Translations under genes and position numbers: made by a program
Shown here: in pieces, positions 42,751-49,024 of the stretch
How positions within the stretch are numbered: position 1 is the first letter of the stretch
Layout: each line of letters starts with the position of its first letter
The notes under the pieces: model-generated
Told to the model about the DNA's origin: nothing
The model's input: only the letters and a program-made list of their open reading frames with translations
Database searches by the model: none
Assembly: GCA_964459295.1 (NCBI GenBank)
Contig: CAYWLT010000001.1
Span: 1 to 49,024, forward strand
Source: an uncultured Thermodesulfobacteriota bacterium
Lineage (GTDB): Bacteria; Desulfobacterota; WTBG01
Direction: 5' to 3'
DNA: 49,024 bases

Positions 42751-43818
42751 CTACATCCTCTCTTTTTTTAGACGGTATACGTAGGCGAGAATTTCTGCCA
42801 CTGCTTTATAAAAAACGGCAGGGATCTCCATCCCTATTTCCACCCCTTTAAATAGTGCCCGCGCCAGCGGCTTGTTTTCCACAATGGGAATCCGGTGCTG
42901 TCTGGCAATTTCCTTAATGCGCTCTGCCATCAAACGGGCTCCTTTTGCGGTAACCCGGGGAGCGCCCATGCGACGCGAATGGTACTCCAGCGCTATGGCC
43001 AGGTGAGATGGATTGGTAATCACCACGTCCGCCTTTGGCACTGCATCCATCATTCGCCTTCGGGCCATCTCTCGCTGTACCTGCCGCACCCGGGCTCTAA
43101 CTAAAGGATCCCCTTCTCTCTGCTTGAATTCATCTTTAACTTCCTGCTTGGTCATCTTGTTTTGCTGCAGAAAGTCCCACCGCTGGAATGCATAGTCCAG
43201 CGCCGCCAGCACAATGAGTATCCAGCTGGTGCGCAGCATTATCTTAAAACAAATCTTTCCCATGTATGAGAGAATGGCCCATACCTCCATATCCATCATG
43301 GGAATAATGTGGCGCATCTCCCCTTTGACGGTGAGGTAGGTCACGTATCCTACCGCCGTAACTTTGACGATATTTTTTATCAGTTCCACCAGGGCCTGTT
43401 TGGAAAATATTTTCAAAAGACCCTTCAGGGGATTGAGTTTGGAAAACTTGGGGGTCAGCGATTCGAGTGAAAAAAGGAAGCCTACCTGGAGGTAGTTGGA
43501 TGCGAGTCCCACCGTCACGATTCCAGCCAGAAGGGGAGCCATAATATGTGCCACCCTTTTTGCGATCTCTATTATGAACCATTGAAAACTGGCCTCTTCT
43601 ATCCGTAGCCTATCCGAGGCGTTAAAGACCCACTTCATCAGGTCCATAAACTGCCAGATTATGGATGATCCCAGATAGTAAAATACCAGCAGACCGGTAA
43701 TGAGCACCGCCACCGAGGGAACCTCCCTGCTCCTGGCAACCTGTCCCTTTTCTCTCAGTTCCTGCAGCCGTTTGGGAGTTGCGGGCTCTGTCTTCTCCTG
43801 GTCAAATCCGCTTGCCAT
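42751..43818 (-). CDS. flhB: Flagellar export switch protein FlhB
   Basis: EKTEPATPKRLQELREKGQVARSREV...VVITNPSHLAIAL (NPTH-like autocleavage site NPSH). Confidence 0.95.
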   Translation of the reverse strand: MASGFDQEKTEPATPKRLQELREKGQVARSREVPSVAVLITGLLVFYYLGSSIIWQFMDLMKWVFNASDRLRIEEASFQWFIIEIAKRVAHIMAPLLAGIVTVGLASNYLQVGFLFSLESLTPKFSKLNPLKGLLKIFSKQALVELIKNIVKVTAVGYVTYLTVKGEMRHIIPMMDMEVWAILSYMGKICFKIMLRTSWILIVLAALDYAFQRWDFLQQNKMTKQEVKDEFKQREGDPLVRARVRQVQREMARRRMMDAVPKADVVITNPSHLAIALEYHSRRMGAPRVTAKGARLMAERIKEIARQHRIPIVENKPLARALFKGVEIGMEIPAVFYKAVAEILAYVYRLKKERM

Positions 43819-43850
43819 ATCCCACTCTTCGAACAGCTATTGGATAATTA

Positions 43851-43867
43851 AGCAATTCAATTGCCGA
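43851..43867 (-). promoter_or_regulatory. Candidate sigma54 promoter upstream of flhB (CGGCAA-N5-TTGC)
   Basis: The minus strand reads CGGCAATTGAATTGC. GG-N10-GC spacing is correct, with three mismatches to TGGCACG. It sits in the 179-bp fliR-flhB gap, ~34 nt before the flhB ATG. Confidence 0.35.
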
Positions 43868-43997
43868 ATTGCGATGAACAGAATTCATAAGGGATAAGGA
43901 TATAGATATTTATTGTCTCACATCTCTCATCGCGTATCCCATAGTGCGGGCTGGTCATACCTTTCACCATGCCGGCCGGGGACAACCGGTTAGCCGA

Positions 43998-44774
43998 TCA
44001 GGACATCAGCTTCAGCAATACTACAATCTCTCCTCCCATCTTCTGGAACAACGGCCTCAGGGTATACAAGAAGATGGGGAAGGAAAAACCCATGCCTAAA
44101 AGCCCTATTGCTATCTTCAGCGGAAACCCCACCATGAAGATGTTCATCTGAGGCACGGTTCGGGCAATGAGTCCCAGCGCCAGATCGGTAAAAAGAAGCG
44201 CCGCAATGATAGGCGCCGCCAGTTTGGTGGCAATGACAAACATCTCACAGGACAATCTGACAACCGCCGCCGTCAAGGAATTCGTAAAATAAAATCCGCC
44301 GGGGGGGATCAACTCGAAGCTCTTGGCTATGGAAAGAATGAACCAGTGGTGGGCATCAACCGTCAGAAATATAAGGAGAGCAATTATATTCTGGAATTCG
44401 GCTACTATGGACACCTGGCTGCTGGTCTGCGGGTCGATGACGTTGACAATACCAAAGCCCATTTGAAAACCTATCAGCTGACCTGCTAGTTGAACGGCGG
44501 CAAAAATCCATCGAGCGGTATACCCGATGATGACTCCTATGAATACCTCTCCTACCATGGCTGATCCCAAAGAGGGTAGGTCTGTCAGATATACTTCCCG
44601 CAAGCCGACTATAGGAAACACCGCAATCGTAAGCACCAGAGATAATCCTGCCTTCATCTGGAGCGGCACATTCTTGCTGCCTAGGAGGGGTGCCGATACC
44701 AGTATGGCGGCGGTCCTGGTAAATAGCAAAGTTGCGGCCTGAAGCTGCGGCAGAGATACAGCAAAGGAATTCAA
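43998..44774 (-). CDS. fliR: Flagellar export apparatus protein FliR
   Basis: 258-aa polytopic membrane ORF between fliQ and flhB. LLFTRTAAILVSAPLLG...MGFGIVNVIDPQ. Confidence 0.9.
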   Translation of the reverse strand: MNSFAVSLPQLQAATLLFTRTAAILVSAPLLGSKNVPLQMKAGLSLVLTIAVFPIVGLREVYLTDLPSLGSAMVGEVFIGVIIGYTARWIFAAVQLAGQLIGFQMGFGIVNVIDPQTSSQVSIVAEFQNIIALLIFLTVDAHHWFILSIAKSFELIPPGGFYFTNSLTAAVVRLSCEMFVIATKLAAPIIAALLFTDLALGLIARTVPQMNIFMVGFPLKIAIGLLGMGFSFPIFLYTLRPLFQKMGGEIVVLLKLMS

Positions 44775-44789
44775 CCGTGCGCTCCTTGG

Positions 44790-45059
44790 CTAGCGAATAT
44801 ACATCGGTATGTTGCTGAACAGTTTCTCCGTGAAATTCAGTAACACTCTCATCATCCACGGGAAACAAATCACAAGGGCCGCGATAACCGCCAGAATTTT
44901 AGGAATGAAGGTGAGTGTCATTTCTTGAATTTGGGTAACTGCCTGAAATATGCTCACCATCAGCCCCACCACAAGACCAGAAAGCAACATGGGCCCCGCT
45001 ATCAGCAATGTTATCCAGACCACCTCTTTGGAAAATCCAACTATAAAATCAGGCGTCAT
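44790..45059 (-). CDS. fliQ: Flagellar export apparatus protein FliQ
   Basis: 89 aa. LLIAGPMLLSGLVVGLMVSIFQAVTQIQEMTLTFIPKI. Confidence 0.95.
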   Translation of the reverse strand: MTPDFIVGFSKEVVWITLLIAGPMLLSGLVVGLMVSIFQAVTQIQEMTLTFIPKILAVIAALVICFPWMMRVLLNFTEKLFSNIPMYIR

Positions 45060-45095
45060 ACCCCATACCTTCTAACACAGCCAATAACCTTGTGG

Positions 45096-45872
45096 TCAGG
45101 AGCCGAAACTTCTGATTAATGACCCCACTATCAAATACCAGCCATCAACCAGGACAAAGAGCAGCAATTTAAATGGCAGGGAGATCATGATAGGAGGCAA
45201 CATGAGCATACCCATAGAGAGCAGCACGCAGGACACCACCATATCCAGAATCAAAAAAGGCACATAAATTAAAAACCCAATCTGAAACGCCACGCGCAGT
45301 TCGCTGATTACAAAGGCAGGAACCAATGCGGTCAACGAAACATCGGAAGCGGACTGCAGCTTTTTCGCCTGCGAAATATTCACCAAAAGCGCAAGATCTT
45401 TTTTTCTTGTCTGTCTCAGCATGAATTCCTTAAGGGGCTGGGTTGCATGATCTAGCGCGACTTCGTAGGAAATTTTTTTATCGAGAAGAGGGGTAAGCGC
45501 TTTTTCATTGATTTCGTTCCACACGGGCATCATGATAAAAAAGGTAAGAAAGAGGGCCAGGCTGATAAGTACTTGATTCGGGGGCATTTGCTGGGTTCCC
45601 ATAGCCTGTCTTAAGAAGGAAAAAACCACCACCATTCGGGTAAAGGAGGTGAGCATAATCAAAATGGTGGGAGCAACCGAGAGGATTGTAATCAATAATA
45701 AAATCTTTAGCGTGACTGCCAGATCAGCCGGCTCACCGGATTCACCGATGGTAATATGAAAGTTGGGGATAGGCATGGTCTGGCCATGGGCGTATATGAG
45801 ACTACCGCTGATGAACATCAGCAAGGCGGTAATCACCAGAATTGCAGCTGAAAAGCGCGTGTATTTCTTCAT
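45096..45872 (-). CDS. fliP: Flagellar export apparatus protein FliP
   Basis: LLLITILSVAPTILIMLTSFTRMVVVFSFLRQAMGTQQMPPNQVLISLALFLTFFIM...FVISELRVAFQIGFLIYVPFLILDMVV. An alternative GTG start lies at 45893. Confidence 0.95.
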   Translation of the reverse strand: MKKYTRFSAAILVITALLMFISGSLIYAHGQTMPIPNFHITIGESGEPADLAVTLKILLLITILSVAPTILIMLTSFTRMVVVFSFLRQAMGTQQMPPNQVLISLALFLTFFIMMPVWNEINEKALTPLLDKKISYEVALDHATQPLKEFMLRQTRKKDLALLVNISQAKKLQSASDVSLTALVPAFVISELRVAFQIGFLIYVPFLILDMVVSCVLLSMGMLMLPPIMISLPFKLLLFVLVDGWYLIVGSLIRSFGS

Positions 45873-45900
45873 AATCCGAGCCGGTGCTGCCACCGGTGCA

Positions 45901-46383
45901 TTAGCAATTATGGTTTTTTTTCACCACTTCCGTGGGAATACCCGTGATCCGATCGAGCAGCACGTTATTCTGCCCTCTTTCATCCTGTCTTCCGGACAGC
46001 ATTGATTTAAGATGATTACGGAAGAGACCGGTGCTCTCCCTTTGCCTCAGAGACCCTTTGAGGGTGGTGATCGTTTCCTGATTGGTTACTCTTGCGAGCA
46101 TGCTGATCTGGTGTTCGGTAAGGCCGAGCACCAGTACTTCCCCCGCTACCTCAACGATGCTGATTATCTTCTTGGGAGCGAGATAGCCTGTTGCAATGAC
46201 CCTGATCCACTGCTCGCCACTCATGAAACCCGCGCTTTTGGGCCAAAAACGCCTGAGCAGGTAAAAGCCGAAAATGATCACCGCCAGCAGTATGCAAAGA
46301 GTTGAAAACGTCCTCACCGCAGAGGAAAAGAAATCGGGCGGGGTGACCGCAGCAGCCTTTGCAAGATGAGTGTCGATGCCCAT
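45901..46383 (-). CDS. fliO: Flagellar export protein FliO
   Basis: Single TM segment (LCILLAVIIFGFYLLRRFW), then IRVIATGYLAPKKIISIVEVAGEVLVLGLTEHQISML. Position between fliN and fliP. Confidence 0.7.
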   Translation of the reverse strand: MGIDTHLAKAAAVTPPDFFSSAVRTFSTLCILLAVIIFGFYLLRRFWPKSAGFMSGEQWIRVIATGYLAPKKIISIVEVAGEVLVLGLTEHQISMLARVTNQETITTLKGSLRQRESTGLFRNHLKSMLSGRQDERGQNNVLLDRITGIPTEVVKKNHNC

Positions 46384-46407
46384 GAGACAATTCCTTTGTT
46401 TTCCGCA

Positions 46408-46872
46408 TTATTTGAGCTGCTCTACTCTTTCTAAAGGACTAATGATATCGGTGAGGCGGACACCGAATTTCTCGTTAACCACCACCACCTCGCCCCGGGC
46501 AACCAGTTTCTGATTGACCAGAACCTCCATGGGCTCTCCGGCCAACTTTGAGAGCTCAATTACCGAACCCTGTCCCAGTTGAAGCAGATCATTAACAAGC
46601 ATCTGGGTGCGTCCCAGTTCCACACTGACCTTCAGCGGAATATCCAGAATAAAATCAAGCCCCCGCCTTCCGGCAGGTTTGCCGGTATCCTGGACATTAG
46701 AAAACTGCGCTGTTTTTGTATCAACCGCCTCCTTGGTAACGCCGGCACCGGCCACGCTCTCCCGGTCCCCCTGTTCTTGAGACGCTTGCTCGTCAGCGGT
46801 TGTCGTCGCCACGCCGCCGGCGGCGGCCGAATCTTCCGGTCTGGGCGTGGTAAGTGTCCCTCCTGTATCCAT
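46408..46872 (-). CDS. fliN: Flagellar C-ring protein FliN
   Basis: LDFILDIPLKVSVELGRTQMLVNDLLQLGQGSVIELSKLAGEPMEVLVNQKLVARGEVVVVNEKFGVRLTDI. GGAGG RBS 8 nt before the ATG at 46872. Confidence 0.9.
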   Translation of the reverse strand: MDTGGTLTTPRPEDSAAAGGVATTTADEQASQEQGDRESVAGAGVTKEAVDTKTAQFSNVQDTGKPAGRRGLDFILDIPLKVSVELGRTQMLVNDLLQLGQGSVIELSKLAGEPMEVLVNQKLVARGEVVVVNEKFGVRLTDIISPLERVEQLK

Positions 46873-46873
46873 T

Positions 46874-47854
46874 TTAATACCTCCTCTCAACGACATCAGA
46901 AATCTTCAGTGCCTGGTTTCCTCTGTGCAATCCCGGATATCCGCTGAATTTGGTAATACCCTCCAGTTTCACTTCAAGCCCGTCTTTTGAATAGGTGTTC
47001 AAAGATATGATATCACCCACGGCTAGGCTTAGCAGTTCTTTGCCTTTTATGGTCGCACTGCCAAGTTCTACTGCCACTTCGACCGGGACCTCGTGCAACT
47101 GCTTTGTTAGCTTTTCAATCCAGATTCCATCTACCTCCCTAGGGTCACTTTGGACGCCTCCCTGGAGTTTGTCCTTGATCGGTTCCAGAGAAGAATAAGG
47201 AAAACACAGAGAAACTTTTCCCGCTGAATTCTCCATCTCCAGCTCAAAGGCGATGACCACGACAACATCATCCGGGGGAACAATGGTAACAAACTGTGGA
47301 TTGACTTCAGATCTCACAAGGTGAAAGGAGACAGGGTGTATACTTTTCCAAGCCTCCTTCAGATCTCCCAGCATCACATTTACCACCTTCTTGACCAGGT
47401 GATTTTCGATACTGGTGAACTCTCTTCCCTCGACCTTATAGGTATCCGCACCACTTCCCCCGAAAAAAACATCGATCAGACGGAAAACCAGCTTCGATTC
47501 CAGGACAATGAGGATATTTCCCCGCAAGGGCTCCATCTTTAAAACATGGATGCTGGTGGGAAGGGAGAGAGTTTTTAAGAAATCACCGTACCTTGCCATG
47601 TCGTTTGAAACCACGGTCGAGCTTACGGGTTTCCTGATTGCTGAGGAAAGTGAGGCGCGCATTAAACGAGAAAACCTGTCGCTGAGCAATTGCAAAACCG
47701 GCATCCGCCCCCTTACCACCCCTTCCTGACTGGTGAGGTCATATCTTTTTAAGCTGCCCGTGCCCTGAGGCTTATTGGTCTCCGTTTCAACCTTCCCTCC
47801 GGAAATTCCTTTCAACAGAGCGTCTACCTCATCTTGTGATAAAATCTGGCTCAT
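46874..47854 (-). CDS. fliM: Flagellar C-ring protein FliM
   Basis: MSQILSQDEVDALLKGISGG (LSQxEIDALL CheY-P binding motif), plus a FliM middle domain and a SpoA-like C-terminus. Confidence 0.95.
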   Translation of the reverse strand: MSQILSQDEVDALLKGISGGKVETETNKPQGTGSLKRYDLTSQEGVVRGRMPVLQLLSDRFSRLMRASLSSAIRKPVSSTVVSNDMARYGDFLKTLSLPTSIHVLKMEPLRGNILIVLESKLVFRLIDVFFGGSGADTYKVEGREFTSIENHLVKKVVNVMLGDLKEAWKSIHPVSFHLVRSEVNPQFVTIVPPDDVVVVIAFELEMENSAGKVSLCFPYSSLEPIKDKLQGGVQSDPREVDGIWIEKLTKQLHEVPVEVAVELGSATIKGKELLSLAVGDIISLNTYSKDGLEVKLEGITKFSGYPGLHRGNQALKISDVVERRY

Positions 47855-47895
47855 GCTAAGGTTCCTTGTGCGTGGCGTTCCGAAATATTCCCCTG

Positions 47896-48393
47896 CTACT
47901 GCACTACAAAGTCGGTGAAATACACTTTCTTAACCGAATCGGGAGTTACCAAGCCATTTAGCCGGGATGTAATCTCATTTCGCAGCTTTGTTTTTCCCCG
48001 AAAAGTAGCTACATCATCAAAGGTCATACCGGAAAGCAGCAGAAGGATGGTATCCCTGATTTGTGGTTTTCTTTTCTCCATCTCTGTGATCATGCGGTTG
48101 TCACTAAGTTCCAGTTCCAGGGTAACTTTGAGATACCCTTTACCGCCGGTGCCCGCTAGGTTTACGATAAAGGGATCCAGGGCAATAGTCGGTCCTAACC
48201 CACCCTTCACTGAAGCATTCTCTGTGCCGGATTCTTTTTGGGCCGGATGAAAAAATGCCTTCCAACTTGCAAAACCGCCCCCGGCGAGCACCAACAAGAC
48301 CACTGCTCCAATGATAATCCACTTTATGGCAATCCCCTTTTTCTGTGGGACTTCTTCTGCTCCTTCTTTCTCTTTTTTCTCTTCGACTGCCAT
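47896..48393 (-). CDS. fliL: Flagellar basal-body-associated protein FliL
   Basis: One TM segment, then LDPFIVNLAGTGGKGYLKVTLELELSD...IRDTILLLLSGMTFDDV...KVYFTDFVVQ. Confidence 0.9.
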   Translation of the reverse strand: MAVEEKKEKEGAEEVPQKKGIAIKWIIIGAVVLLVLAGGGFASWKAFFHPAQKESGTENASVKGGLGPTIALDPFIVNLAGTGGKGYLKVTLELELSDNRMITEMEKRKPQIRDTILLLLSGMTFDDVATFRGKTKLRNEITSRLNGLVTPDSVKKVYFTDFVVQ

Positions 48394-48621
48394 CGTACCA
48401 TTACCTCCCTATTATAATTTCCGGCACACAAGGCATTTCTACTCTCCTGTTTTTACAGCTACCGTCAGGCACATGGTTTAAAATACAAACTTAAAAATGC
48501 AAAGGTTAGGTAAAATGATGCTGGTTGCTGGATACCGGATGGGTTGATGACTGACAACCGACAAACTGGATACTCATTTATTGTAAATGCCGATTTGCTT
48601 TTTTCATTTTAATGTAAGGTC

Positions 48622-48638
48622 CGCAATTACTATGCCAA
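48622..48638 (-). promoter_or_regulatory. Sigma54 promoter upstream of the fliL operon (TGGCAT-N5-TTGC)
   Basis: The minus strand reads TTGGCATAGTAATTGCG, with GG-N10-GC spacing exact. It is ~230 nt upstream of the fliL ATG, with AT-rich DNA and palindromes further upstream. Confidence 0.6.
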
Positions 48639-48720
48639 TCACTGAAGTTCCATTATTACAGCTAGTTATAAAAAATTGCTCTTATAGTTCCATTTTTGGT
48701 CAAGTCATTATTTTGTAATA

Positions 48721-48761
48721 CGTCATAATATTGACGACAATTTTGGTCGTTTTGCGCAAAA
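48721..48761. promoter_or_regulatory. Two palindromes ~85-140 bp upstream of the sigma54 -24 element (candidate enhancer-binding-protein sites)
   Basis: CGTCA-taatat-TGACG (48721-48736) and the perfect 12-mer TTTTGCGCAAAA (48750-48761). Confidence 0.3.
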
Positions 48762-49024
48762 ATTCGTCCCTGTCATCTTACGCTCGAGGGTGTCTGTCAA
48801 TTACCTAAAGAGAAACGATCGACCTTTTGTTTCCTGGGGTTTGCTTTCCATGCCAGCCGGAACAGGGAATCAAAGTGCGGTATATTGTTGGTTGCCGTAT
48901 TCAAGGCAAGGGATTGAGTGATGTCATGAACCGCATTGCTCTGCGGTGTTGCATGAGCTGGTATTGCGCGTCAGTAGTGTCCCAACGTTAATCGAAGAGG
49001 GACAGCTGTTTACAGCGATGTTCA

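Noticed and set aside
44356-44868. 170-aa minus-strand ORF overlapping fliR and fliQ in another frame.
   Set aside because: The fliR and fliQ frames give canonical membrane-protein sequences. The alternative frame is Arg/Ser/Gly-rich noise.
48780-49024. Possible end of a further gene at the right edge of the window.
   Set aside because: Only short open stretches are visible (at most ~32 codons) in any frame, with no recognisable motif. I cannot call anything from this.

Overview
This window is almost entirely a motility super-locus from a bacterium that uses FlhF/FlhG (usually polar flagella). It carries sigma54-type and sigma28-type promoter motifs. Gene order and protein style resemble Desulfobacterota/Nitrospirota-like anaerobes, but I cannot fix the taxon without a search.

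Minus strand:
(i) A partial FlhG/MinD paralog plus a REC-SHOCT response regulator (1-1.5 kb).
(ii) Late genes fliC-flaG and fliD-fliS-flgN-like (2.4-8.5 kb).
(iii) flgF-flgG-flgA-flgH-flgI-flgJ-(flgM-like)-flgN-flgK-flgL-csrA-fliW (33.8 down to 22.0 kb).
(iv) A fragmented fliK-like gene, an flhB-C-terminal-like gene, three poorly characterised small genes and a second fliL-like gene (34.1-37.6 kb).
(v) fliL-fliM-fliN-fliO-fliP-fliQ-fliR-flhB-flhA-flhF-flhG-fliA (48.4 down to 37.7 kb).

Plus strand, 8.9-22.0 kb: an 11-gene flagellin glycosylation island. It holds legionaminic-acid-type nonulosonate genes, a Maf-TPR transferase, and a B12-radical-SAM / FemAB-like / methyltransferase tailoring trio.

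I saw no rRNA, tRNA, CRISPR array, transposase, or recognisable defence or toxin system.

Signals the gene map does not explain:
- A dispersed ~45-nt intergenic repeat family. There are at least 8 copies, some paired into long hairpins, and three supply the TAG stop codon of a flagellar gene.
- Apparent frameshifts: in a LegB-like dehydratase and a fliK-like gene, both next to G/A runs, and possibly in a start-less flgM-like frame (no adjacent run seen).
- More G/C homopolymers of 8-9 nt than I would expect, inside fliS, flgK, maf and the flhG paralog.
- Divergent sigma28 motifs that would couple flagellin and glycosylation expression.

All homology calls are by eye from motifs. No database search was possible.
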